Assembly: GCF_009914755.1 (NCBI RefSeq)
Contig: NC_060933.1
Length of the DNA: 64,000 nt
Strand: one strand, 5' to 3'
Origin: the human T2T-CHM13v2.0 reference genome, Homo sapiens
Below the pieces are notes generated by a model. The model saw nothing but the letters and a program-made list of their open reading frames with translations, was not told the origin of the DNA and searched no databases. Shown piece after piece: positions 14,101-27,589 of this stretch (position 1 is the first letter of the stretch; each line of letters opens with the position of its first letter). The position numbers and the translations under genes are program-made.

Positions 14101-16520
14101 TTACATTCAGATTGATTCTATTCAATTCCCTTACACTCCATTATATTCCAATCCATTCTGGGTGTTCCATTCGATTCCATTCCATTCCATTTCACTCCAT
14201 TGCATTGCACTCGGGTTGATTCCATTCCATTCCATTCCATTGCATTCCATTACATTCCATTCCGGATGATTCCATTCCATTGCATTCCATTCCATTCCAT
14301 TCCCCTGCACTCGGGTTGATTCCATTCCATTCCATTACATTACATTCCGTTCCATTCCATTCCGTTCCATTCGGATTGATTCTATTCAATTCCCTTACAC
14401 TCCATTACATTCCATTCCATTCGGGTAGTTTCCATTCCATTCCATTCCATTCCTCTCCATTCCATTGCACTCGGGTGGATTCCATTCCATTCCATTCCAT
14501 TCCATTCCATTCCATTCCATTCCATTCCATTCCATTCCATTGTACTCGGGTTGATTCCATTCCTTTGCATTCCATTCCATTCCATTCCATTCCATTCCAT
14601 TCCATTCCATTCCATTCCATTCCATTACATTCGGATTGATTCTATTCAACTCCCTTACTCTCCATTACATTCCATTCCATTCGGGTTGTTCCATTCCATT
14701 CCATTCCATTCCACTCCATTCCATTGCACTCGGGTTTATTCCATTCCATTCCATTCCATTCCATTCCATTCCATTCCATTCCATTCCGGATGATTCCATT
14801 CCATTGCATTCCGTTCCATTACATTCCCCTGCAGTCGCGTTGACTCCATTCCATTCCATTCCATTCCATACCATTCCATTCCATTCCATTCCATTCCATT
14901 CCATTCCATTCCGTTCCGTTCCGTTCCGTTCCATTCCGTTCCATTCCATTCCATTCTATTCGGGTTAATTCCATTCCATTCCATTCCATTCCATTCCATT
15001 CCATTCTACTCCATACCATTGCAATCGAGTTGAATCCATTGCATTCCATTCCATTCCATTCCATTCCGGAAGATTCCATTCCATTGCATTCCATTCCATT
15101 CCATTCCCCTGCACTCGCGTTGATTCCATTCCATTCCATTCCGTTCCGTTCGGTTCCATTCCATTCCATTCCATTCCATTCCATTCCATTCCATTCCGTT
15201 CCGTTCCATTCCATTCCATTCCATTCTATTCGGGTTAATTCCATTCCATTCCATTCGATTGCAATCGAGTTGATTCCATTCCATTCCATTCCATTCCATT
15301 CCATTCCATTCCATTCCTTTCCATTCCATTCATTTCCATTCCATTACGGATGATTCCATTCCATTGCATTGCATTCCATTCCATTCCCCTGTACTTGGGT
15401 TGATTCCATTCCATTCCATTCCATTCCATTCCATTCCGGATGATTCCATTCCATTGCATTCAGTTCCATTACATTCCCCTACAGTCGGGTTGATTCCATT
15501 CCATTCCATTCCATTAAATTCGATTCCATTCCATTCCCCTGCACTCGCGTTGATTCCATTCCATTCCATTACATTACATTCCATTCCATTCCTTTCCATT
15601 GCATTCCATTCCATTCCTTTCCGTTCCATTCCATTCCATTCCATTCCATTCCATTCCATTCCATTCCGTTCCGTTCCATTCCATTCCATTCCTTTCTATT
15701 CGGGTTAATTCCATTCCATTCCATTCGATTGCAATCGAGTTGATTCCATTCCATTCCATTCCATTGCATTCCATTGCATTCCATTCCATTCGTTTCCCCT
15801 GCACTCGGGTTGATTCCATTCCATTACATTACATTACATTCCGTTCCATTCCATTCCATTCCATTCGGATTGATTCTATTCAATTCCCTTACACTCCATT
15901 ACATTCCATTCCATTCGGGTAGTTTCCATTCCTTTCCATTCCATTCCTCTCTATTCCATTGCACTCGGATTGATTCCATTTCATTCTATTCCATTCCATT
16001 CCATTCCATTCCATTCCATTCCATTCCATTGTACTCGGGTTGATTCCATTCCATTGCATTCCATTCCATTCCGTTCCATTCCATTCCTTTACATTCGGAT
16101 TGATTCTATTCAACTCCCTTACTCTCCATTACATTCCATTCCATTCGGGTTTTTCCATTCCATTCCATTCCACTCCTTTCCATTGCACTCGGGTTGATTC
16201 CATTCCATTCCATTCCATTCCATTCCATTCCATTCCGGAAGATTCCATTCCATTGCATTCCATTCCATTGCATTGCCCTGCACTCGCGTTGATTCCATTC
16301 CATTCCATTCCATTCCATTCCATTCCTTTCCGTTCCATTCCATTCCATTCCATTCCATTCCATTCCATTCCGTTCCGTTCCATTCCGTTCCATTCCATTC
16401 CATTCCATTCCATTCCATTCCATTCCATTTCATTCCATTGTACTCGGGTTGATTCCATTCCATTGCATTCCATTCCATTCCATTCAATTCTATTCCGTTC
16501 CTATCCATTCCATTACATTC

Positions 16521-16620
16521 GGATTGATTCTATTCAACTCCCTTACTCTCAATTACATTCCATTCCATTCGGATTGATTCTATTCAACTCCCTTACTCTC
16601 CATTACATTCCATTCCATTC
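16521..16620 (+). repeat. 50-bp tandem duplication
   Basis: ggattgattctattcaactcccttactctc(a/c)attacattccattccattc occurs twice (16521-16570, 16571-16620) with one mismatch. Confidence 0.9.
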
Positions 16621-19600
16621 GGGTTGTTCCATTCCATTCCATTCCATTCCACTCCATTCCATTGCACTCGGGTTGATTCCATTCCATTCCATTCCATTCC
16701 ATTCCACTCCGGATGATTCCATTCCATTGCATTCCGTTCCATTACATTCCCCTTCAATCGCGTTGATTCCATTCCATTCCATTCCATTCCATTCCATTCC
16801 ATTCCATTCCATTTTGTTCCAATCCATTCTATTCCGAACCATTCCATTCCATTCCACGCCATTCCTTTCCATTCCATTCCATGTCATTCCACTCGTGTTG
16901 ATTCCATTCTTTCCATTCCATTCAAGTTGAATCCATTCCACTCCATTCCATTCCATTCGAATCCATTCCATTGCACTCGGGTTGATTCCATTCCATTCCA
17001 TTCCATTCCATTCCATTCCATTCCATTCCATTCCGTTCCATTCCATTTCATTACATTCAGATTTATTCTATTCAATTCCCTTACACTCCATTATATTCCA
17101 ATCCATTCAGGTTGTTTCCATTCCATTCCATTCCATTTCACACCATTCCATTGCACTCGGTTTGATTCCATTCCATTCCATTCCATTCCATTCCGGATGA
17201 TTCCATTCCATTGCATTCCATTCCATTCCATTCCCCTGTACTCATGTTGATTCCATTCCATTCCATTCCACTCCATTCGGTTCCGTTCCATTCCATTCTA
17301 TTGCATTCCATTCTATTCGGGTTAATTCCATTCCATTCTATTCCATTCCATTCCATTCCATTCCATTACAATTGAGTTGATTCCATTCCATTCCATTCCA
17401 TTCCGGATGATTCCATTCCATTGCATTCCATTCCATTCCATTTCCCTGCACTCGTGTTGATTCCATTACCTTCCATTCCATTCCATTCCGTTCCATTCCA
17501 TTGCATTCCATTCTATTCCGGTTAATTCCATTCCATTCCATTCCATTCCATTCCATTCCATTCCATTCCATTCCATTCCATTGCAATCGAGTTGATTGCA
17601 TTCCATTCCTTTCCATTCCATTCCATTGCCTTGCATTCCAATCGGGTTGATTCCATTCCCTTCTTTCCACTCCATTACATTACCTTCCATTCTACTCGGA
17701 ATGATTGATTCCATTCCATTCCATTCCATTTCATTCCGTTTCAATCCATTCCAATCCATTCCATTCCATTCCATTCCACTCGACTTGATTTCATTCCATT
17801 CCTTTCCATTCCATTCCATTCCTTTCCACTCGAGTTGATTCCATTAACTTCCATTCCATTGCATTCCATTCCATGCCATTCCACTCGGGTTGATTCCATT
17901 CCTTTGCATTCCATTCCATTCCATTCCATTCCATTCCATTCCATTCCATTCCGTTGCATTCCATTCCATTACATTCGGATTGATTCTATTCAACTCCCTT
18001 ACTCTCCATTACATTCCATTCCATTCGGGTTGTTCCATTCCATTCCATTCCATTCCACTGCATTCCATTGCACTCGGGTTGATTCCATTCCATTCCATTC
18101 CATTCCATTCCATTCCATTCCATTCCGGATGATTCCAATCCATTGCATTCCGTTCCATTACATTCCCCTGCACTCGCGTTGATTCCATTCCATTCCATTC
18201 CATTCCATTCAATTCCATTCCATTACAATTCTTTCCATTCCATTCTATTCCGTACCATTCCATTCCATTCCATTCCATTCCGTTCCGTTCCGTTCCATTC
18301 CATTCCATTCCATTCTATTCGGGGTAATTCCATTCCATTCCATTCCATTCCATTCTATTCCATTCCATTGCAATCGAGTTGAATCCATTGCATTTCATTC
18401 CATTCCATTCCATTCCATTCCATTCCATTCCGGAAGATTCCATTCCATTGCATTCCATTCCATTCCATTCCCCTGCACTCGCGTTGATTCCATTCCATTC
18501 CATTCCATTCCATTCCGTTCCGTTCCGTTCCGTTCCGTTCCATTCCGTTCCATTCCATTCCATTCCATTCCATTCCGTTCTCTTCCATTCCATTCCATTC
18601 CATTCTATTCGGGTTAATTCCATTCCATTCCATTCGATTGCAATCGTGTTGATTCCATTCCATTCCATTCCATTCCATTCCATTCCTTTCCATTCCATTA
18701 CGGATGATTCCATTCCATTGCATTAAATTCCATTCCATTCCCCTGTACTCGGGTTGATTCCATTCCATTCCATTCCAATCCATGCCCTTCCACTCGTGTT
18801 GATTCCATTCTTTCCATTCCATTCAAGTTGAATCCATTCCATTGCATTCCATTCCATTCGATTCCATTCGATTGCACTCGGGTTGATTCCATTCCATTGC
18901 ATTCCATTCCATTCCATTCCATTCCATTCCATTCCGTTCCATTCCATTCCATTACATTCGGATTGATTCTATTCAATTCCCTTACACTCCATTACATTCC
19001 ATTCCATTCGGGTAGTTTCCATTGCATTCCATTCCATTCCTCTCCATTCCATTGCACTCGGGTTGATTCCATTCCATTGCATTCCATTCCATTCCATTCC
19101 ATTCAATTCCATTCCGTTGCATTGCATTCCATTACATTCGGATAGATTCTATTCAACTCCCTTAGTCTCCATTACACTCCATTCCATTCGGGTTGTTCCA
19201 TTCCATTCCATTCCATTCCACTCCATTCCATTGCACTCGGGTTTATTCCATTCCATTCCATTCCATTCCATTCCGGAAGATTCCATTCCATTGCATTCCA
19301 TTCCATTCCATTCCCCTGCACTCGTGTTGATTCCATTCCATTCCATTCCATTCCATTCCTCTCCGTTCCATTCCATTCCATTCCATTCCATTCCGTTCCC
19401 TTCCGTTCCGTTCCGTTCCATTCCATTCCATTCCATTCTATTCGGGTTAACTCCATTCCATTCCATTCGATTTCAATCGAGTTGATTCCATTCCATTCCA
19501 TTCCATTCCATTTCATTCCATTCCTTTCCATTCCTTTCCATTCCATTACGGATGATTCCATTCCATTGCATTCCATTCCATTCCATTCCACTGTACTCGG

Positions 19601-22600
19601 GTTGATTCCATTCCATTCCATTCCAATCCATGCCATTCCACTCGTGTTGATTCCATTCTTACCATTCCATTCAAGTTGAATCCATTCCATTGCATTCCAT
19701 TCCATTCCATTCCCCTGCAATCGGGTTGATTCCATTCCATTCCATTCCATTCCATTCCATTCCATTCCATTCCATTCCGTTCCGTTCCATTCCATTCCAT
19801 TCCTTTCTATTCGGGTTAATTCCATTCCATTCCATTCCATTCCATTCCAATCAAGTTGATTCCTTTCCATTCCATTCCATTCCATTCCATTCCATTCCAC
19901 TCCATTCCAGTCCTTTCCATTCCTTTCCACTCGGGTTGATTCCAATGTATTCCTTTCCATTCCATTCCATTCCATTGCAATCGAGTTGATTCCATTGCTT
20001 TGCATTCCATTCCATTCCATTCCATTCCGGATGATTCCTTTCCGTTGCATTCCATTCCATTCCATTCCCCTGCACTCGTGTTGATTCCATTCCATTCCAC
20101 TCCATTCCGTTCCATTCCATTCCATTGCATTGTATTCGGGTTAATTCCATTCCATTCCATTCCATTCCATTCCATTCCATTCCGTTCCGTTCCATTCCAT
20201 TCCATTCCATTCTATTCGGGTTAATTCCATTCCATTCCATTCGATTGCAATCGAGTTGATTCCATTCCATTCCATTCCATTCCATTCCATTCCATTCCTT
20301 TCCATTCCATTACGGATGATTCCATTCCATTGCATTGCATTCCATTCCATTCCCCTGTACTCGGGTTGATTCCATTCCATTCCATTCCAATCGATGCCAT
20401 TCCACTCGTGTTGATTCCATTCTTTGCATTCCATTCATGTTGAATCCATTCCATTGCATTCCATTCCATTCCATTCCCCTGCAGTCGGGTTGATTCCATT
20501 CCATTCCATTCCATTCCATTCCATTCCATTCCATTCCGTTCCGTTCCATTCCATTCCATTCCATTCTATTCGGGTTAATTCCATTCCATTCCATTCCATT
20601 CCATTCCATTCCATTCCAATCGAGTTCATTCCATTCCATTCCATTCCATTCCATTCCATTCCACTCCATTCCAGTCCTTTCCATTCCATTCCAGTCGGGT
20701 TGATTCCAATGTATTCCTTTCCATTCCATTCCATTCCATTGCAATCGAGTTGATTCCATTGCTTTGCATTCCATTCCATTCCATTCCATTCCGGATGATT
20801 CCATTCCATTGCATTCCATTCCATTCCATTCCCCTGCATTCGGGTTGATTCCATTCCATTCCACTCCATTGCATTCCATTCCATTCCATTCCATTCCATT
20901 CCATTCCATTCCATTCCATTCCATTACAATCGAGTTGATTCCATTCCATTCCATTCCATTCCAGTCCTTTCCATTCCATTCCACTCGTGTTGATTCCATT
21001 CTATTAATTTCCATTCCATTCCATTCCCTTCCATTCCACTCTGGTTGATTCCATTCCTTTCCATTCCACTCGAATACATTCCCTCCTATTCCACTCGGAA
21101 CGATTCCATTCCATTCCATTCCATTCCATTCCATTCCATTCCATTCCATTCCATTCCATTTCGTTCCATTCCATTCTATTCCGTATCATTCCATTTCATT
21201 CCATTCCATTCCATTCCATTCCATTCCATTCCATTCCATTCCATTCCATTGTACTCGGGTTGATTCCATTCCATTGCATTCCATTCCATTCCATTCCATT
21301 CCATTCCGTTGCATTCCATTCCATTACATTCGGATTGATTCTATTCAACTCCCTTACTCTCCAATACATTCCATTCCATTCGGGTTGTTCCATTCCATTC
21401 CATTCCATTCCTCTCCATTCCATTGCACTCGGGTTGATTCCATTCCATTCCATTCCATTCCATTCCATTCCATTCCATTCCGGATGATTCCATTCCATTG
21501 CATTCCGTTCCATTACATTCCCCTGCACTCGCGTTGATTCCATTCCATTCCATTCCATTCCATTCAATTCCATTCCATTACAATTCGTTCCATTCCATTC
21601 TATTCCGTACCATTCCATTCCATTCCATACCATTCCATTCCATTCCATTCCATTCCATTCCATTCCTTTCCGTTCCATTCTGTTCCATTCCATTCCATTC
21701 CATTCTATTCGGGTTAATTCCATTCCATTCCATTCCTTTCCATTCCATTACGGATGATTCCATTCCATTGCATTCCATTCCATTCCATTCGCCTCTACTC
21801 GGGTTGATTCCATTCCATTCCATTCCAATCCATGCCATTCCACTCGTGTTGATTCCATTCTTTCCATTCCATTCAAGTTGAATGCATTCCATTGCATTCC
21901 ATTCCATTCCATTCCCCTGCAGTCGGGTTGATTCCATTCCATTCCATTCCATTCCATTCCATTCCATTCCATTCCATTCTGTTCCGTTCCGTTCCATTCC
22001 ATTCCATTCCATTCTATTCGGGTTAATTCCATTCCATTCCATTCGATTGCAATCGAGTTGATTCCTTTCCATTCCATTCCATTCCATTCCATTCCATTCC
22101 ATTCCATTCCTTTCCATTCCATTACGGATGAATCCATTCCATTGCATTCCATTCCATTCCGTTCCCCTGTACTCGGGTTGATTCCATTCCATTCCATTCC
22201 AATCCATGCCATTCCACTCGTGTTGATTCCATTCTTTCCATTCCATTCGGTTTGAAGGCATTCCATTCCATTCCATTCCATTCCATTCCATTCCATTCCA
22301 TTCCATTCCATTGTACTCGGGTTGATTCCATTCCATTGCATTCCATTCCATTCCATTCCATTCCTTTCCATTCCATTACGGATGATTCCATTCCATTGCA
22401 TTGCATTCCATTCCATTCCCCTGTACTCGGGTTGATTCCATTCCATTCCATTCCAATCGATGCCATTCCACTCGTGTTGATTCCATTCTTTCCATTCCAT
22501 TCAAGTTGAATCCATTCCATTGCATTCCATTCCATTCCATTACCCTGCAGTCGGGTTGATTCCATTCCATTCCATTCCATTCCATTCCATTCCATTCCAT

Positions 22601-23730
22601 TCCATTCCGTTCCGTTCCGTTCCGTTCCATTCCATTCCATTCCATTCTATTCGGGTTAATTCCATTCCATTCCATTCCATTCCATTCCAATCGAGTTGAT
22701 TCCATTCCATTCCATTCCATTCCATTCCACTCCATTCCAGTCCTTTCCATTCCATTCCACTCGCGTTGATTCCAATGTATTCCTTTCCATTCCATTCCAT
22801 TCCATTGCAATCGAGTTGATTCCATTGCTTTGATTTCCATTCCATTCCATTCCATTCCGGATGATTCCATTCCATTGCATTCCATTCCATTCCATTCCCC
22901 TGCACTCGGGTTGATTCCATTCCATTCCACTCCATTCCGTTCCATTCCATTCCATTCCATTGTATTCGGGTTAATTCCATTCCATTCCATTCCATTCCAT
23001 TCCATTCCATTCCATTCCATTCCATTACAATCGAGTTGATTCCATTCCATTCCATTCCATTCCAGTCCTTTCCATTCCATTCCACTCGGGTTGATTCCAT
23101 TCTATTAGTTTCCATTCCAATCCATTCCCTTCCATTCCACTCTGGTTGATACCATTCCTTTCCATTCCACTCGAACACATTCCCTCCTATTCCACTCGGA
23201 ACGATTCCATTCCATTCCATTCCATTCCATTCCATTCCATTCCATTCCATTCCATTTCGTTCCATTCCATTCTATTCCGTATCTTTCCATTCCATTCCAT
23301 TCCATTCCATTCCATTCCATTCCATTGTACTCGGTTTGATTCAATTCCATTGCATTCCATTCCATTCCATTCCATTCCATTCCGTTGCATTCCATTCCAT
23401 TACATTCGGATTGATTCTATTCAACTCCCTTACTCTCCATTACATTCCACTCCATTCGGGTTGTTCCATTCCATTCCATTCCATTCCCCTCCATTCCATT
23501 GCACTCGGGTTGATTCCATTCCATTCCATTCCATTCCATTCCATTCCATTCCATTCCGGATGATTCCATTCCATTGCATTCCGTTCCATTACATTCCCAT
23601 GCACTCGCGTTGATTCCATTCCATTCCATTCCATTCCATTCAATTCCATTCCAATACAATTCGTTCCATTCCATTCTATTCCGTACCATTCCATTCCATT
23701 CCATACCATTCCTTTCCATTCCATTCCATT

Positions 23731-23750
23731 CCATTCCGTAATGGAATGGA
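23731..23750. other. Left inversion breakpoint (CATTC to GGAAT)
   Basis: ccattccgta|atggaatgga. TCCGT (23735-23739) fits both the forward motif ccattccgt(tcc) and the reverse motif (ca)tccgtaatggaatggaaagg. No inserted bases are visible. Confidence 0.93.
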
Positions 23751-26700
23751 AAGGAATGGAATGGAATGGAATGGAATGGAATGGAATGGAATGGAATCAA
23801 CTCGATTGCAATCGAATGGAATGGAATGGAATTAACCCGAATAGAATGGAATGGAATGGAATGGAACGGAACGGAATGGAATGGAATGGAATGGAACGGA
23901 AAGGAAGGGAATGGAATGGAATAGAATGGAATGGAATGGAATCAACGCGAGTGCAGGGGAATGGAATGGAATGGATTGCAATGGAATGGAATCTTCTGGA
24001 ATGGAATGGAATGGAATGGAATGGAATGGAATGGAATGGAATCAACTCGAGTGCAATGGAATGGAGTGGAATGGAATGGAATGGAATGGAACAACCCAGA
24101 TGGAATGGAATGTAATGGAGAGTAAGGGAGTTGAATAGAATCAATCCGAATGTAATGGAATGGAATGGAAAGGAATGGAATGGAATGGAATGCAATGGAA
24201 TGGATTCAACTTGAATGGAATGGAAAGAATGGAATCAACACGAGTGGAATGGCTTGGATTGGAATGGAATGGAATGGAATCAACCCGAGTACAGGGGAAT
24301 GGAATGGAATGGAATGCAATGGAATGGAATCATCCGTAATGGAATGGAAAGGAATGGAATGGAATGGAATGGAATGGAATGGAATGGAATGGAATCAACT
24401 CGATTGCAATCGAATGGAATGGAATGGAATTAACCCGAATAGAATGGAATGGAATGGAATGGAACGGAACGGAACGGAATGGAATGGAATGGAATGGAAC
24501 GGAACGGAATGGAGTGGAATGGAATGGAATGGAATGGAATGGAATCAACGCGAGTGCAGGGGAATGGAATGGAATGGAATGCAATGGAATGGAATCTTCC
24601 GGAATGGAATGGAATGGAATGGAATGGAAGGAAATGCAATGGATTCAACTCGATTGCAATGGAATGGAATAGAATGGAATGGAATGGAATGGAATGGAAT
24701 TAATCCGAATGGAATGGAATGGAACGGAATGGAACGGAATGGAATGGAATGGAATGCAATGGAATGGTATGGAATGGAATGGAATGGTACGGAATATAAT
24801 GGAATGGAATGAATTGTAATGGAATGGAATTGAATGGAATGGAATGGAATGGAATGGAATCATCCGGAATGGAATGGAATGGAATGGAATGGAATGAAAT
24901 GGAATGGAATGGAATCAACCCGAGTGCAATGGAATGGAGTGGAAAGGAATGGAATGGAATGGAACAACCCGAATGGAATGGAATGTAATGGAGAGTAAGG
25001 GAGTTGAATAGAATCAATCCGAATGTAATAGAATGGAATGCAACGGAATGGAATGGAATGGAATGGAATGGAATGGAATGCAATGGAATCGAATCAACAC
25101 GAGTACAATGTAATGGAATGGAATGGAATGGAATGGAATGGAATGGAATGGAATGGAATGATACGGAATAGAATGGAATGGAACGAAATGGAATGGAATG
25201 GAATGGAATGGAATGGAATGGAATGGAATGGAATGGAATCGTTCCGAGTGGAATAGGAGGGAATGTATTCGAGTGGAATGGAAAGGAATGGTATCAACCA
25301 GAGTGGAATGGAAGGGAATGGAATGGAATGGAAATTAATAGAATGGAATCAACCCGAGTGGAATGGAATGGAAAGGACTGGAATGGAATGGAATGGAATG
25401 GAATCAACTCGATTGTAATGGAATGGAATGGAATGGAATGGAAGGGAATTAACCCGAATACAATGGAATGGAATGGAATGGAACGGAATGGAGTGGAATG
25501 GAATGGAATCAACCCGAGTGCAGGGGAATGGAATGGAATGGAATGCAATGGAATGGAATCATCCGGAATGGAATGGAATGGAATGGAATGCAAAGCAATG
25601 GAATCAACTCGTTTGCAAAGGAATGGAATGGAATGGAAAGGAATACATTGGAATCAACCCGAGTGGAATGGAATGGAAAGGACTGGAATGGAGTGGAATG
25701 GAATGGAATGGAATGGAATGGAATCAACTCGATTGGAATGGAATGGAATGGAATGGAATGGAATTAACCCGAATAGAATGGAATGGAATGGAATGGAACG
25801 GAACGGAATGGAATGGAATGGAATGGAATGGAATGGAATGGAATGGAATCAACCCGACTGCAGGGGAATGGAATGGAATGGAATGCAATGGAATGGATTC
25901 AACTTGAATGGAATGGAAAGAATGGAATCAACACGACTGGAATGGCATGGATTGGAATGGAATGGAATGGAATCAACCCGAGTACAGGGGAATGGAATGG
26001 AATGGAATGCAATGGAATGGAATCATCCGTAATGGAATGGAAAGGAATGGAATGGAATGGAATGGAATGGAATGGAATGGAATGGAATCAAATCGATTGC
26101 AATCGAATGGAATGGAATGGAATTAACCCGAATAGAATGGAATGGAATGGAATGGAACGGAACGGAACGGAATGGAATGGATTGGAATGGAATGGAATGG
26201 AATGGAATGGAAACAACGCGAGTGCAGGGGAATGGAATGGAATGGAATGCAATGGAATGGAATCTTCCGGAATGGAATGGAATGGAATGGAATGGAATGG
26301 AATGGAATGGAATAAACCCGAGTGCTGTGGAATGGAGTGGAATGGAATGAAATGGAATGGAACAACCCGAATGGAATGGAATGTAATGGAGAGTAAGGGA
26401 GTTGAATAGAATCAATCCGAATGTATTGGAATGGAATGGAACGGAATGGAATTGAATGGAATGGAATGGAATGCAATGGAATGGAATCAACCCGAGTGCA
26501 ATGGAATGGAGAGGAATGGAATGGAATGGAATGGAAACTACCCGAATGGAATGGAATGTAATGGAGTGTAAGGGAATTGAATAGAATCAATCCGAATGTA
26601 ATGGAATGGAATGGAATGGAATGGAATGGAATGGAATGGAATAGAATGCAATCGAATGGAATCGAATGGAATGGAATGCAATGGAATGTATTCAACTTGA

Positions 26701-27589
26701 ATGGAATGGAAAGAATGGAATCAACACGAGTGGAATGGCATGGATTGGAATGGAATGGAATGGAATCAACCCGAGTACGGGGGAATGGAATGGAATGGAA
26801 TGCAATGGAATGGAATCATCCGGAAGGGAATGGAAAGGAATGGAATGGAATGGAATGGAATGGAATGGAATGGAATTGAATCAACTCGATTGCAATCGAA
26901 TGGAATGGAATGGAATTAACCCGAATAGAATGGAATGGAATGGAATGGAATGGAACGGAACGGAATGGAATGGAATGGAATGGAATGGAATGGAACGGAA
27001 CGGAACGGAATTGATGGAATGGAATGGAATGGAATGGAATGGAATCAACGCGAGTGCAGGGGAATGGAATGGAATGGAATGCAATGGAATGGAATCTTCC
27101 GGAATGGAATGGAATGGAATGGAATGGAATGAAATGCAATGGATTCAACTCGAATGCAATGGAATGGAATAGAATGGAATGGAATGGAATGGAATGGAAT
27201 GGAATTAACCCGAATAGAATGGAATGGAATGGAATGGAACGGAATGCAACGGAATGGAATGGAATGGAATGGAATGGAATGGAATGGTATGGAATGGAAT
27301 GGATTGGTACGGAATAGAATGGAATGGAATGAATTGTAATGGAAAGGAATTGAATGGAATGGAATGGAATCAACGCGAGTGCAGGGGAATGTAATGAAAC
27401 GGAATGCAGAGGAATGGAATCATCCGGAATGGAATGGAATGGAATGGAAATCAAAGCAATGGAATCAACTCGATTGCAATGGAATGGAATGGAATGGAGT
27501 CAACGCGAGTGCAGGGGAATGTAATGGAATGGAATGGAATGGAATTAACGCGAATAGAATGGAATGGAATGGAATGGAATGGAATGGAA

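Larger units (their letters stand above)
1..23739 (+). repeat. HSat3 (satellite III) array, CATTC-strand orientation, left block
   Basis: Continuous (CATTC)n with the classical satellite III interspersed motif (A/C)TCGGGTTG (e.g. tgcactcgggttgattcc, ctattcgggttaattcc). The HSat2-type (CATTCGATTC)/ATG-rich pattern is not dominant. Strand '+' here means CATTC on the top strand. Confidence 0.97.

Noticed and set aside
21045-21105. Higher-complexity block ctctggttgatt...ctcgaatacattccctcctattccactcggaacg as a possible foreign insertion or small RNA gene
   Set aside because: It keeps the pentamer register, recurs about 15 times in both orientations and reads as degenerate CATTC units.
23417-23800. 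Chimeric ORFs crossing the junctions (IPFHS then MEWNG; also 41356-41733 and 41459-41908)
   Set aside because: They simply read through the strand switch. They are useful as breakpoint markers but are not genes.
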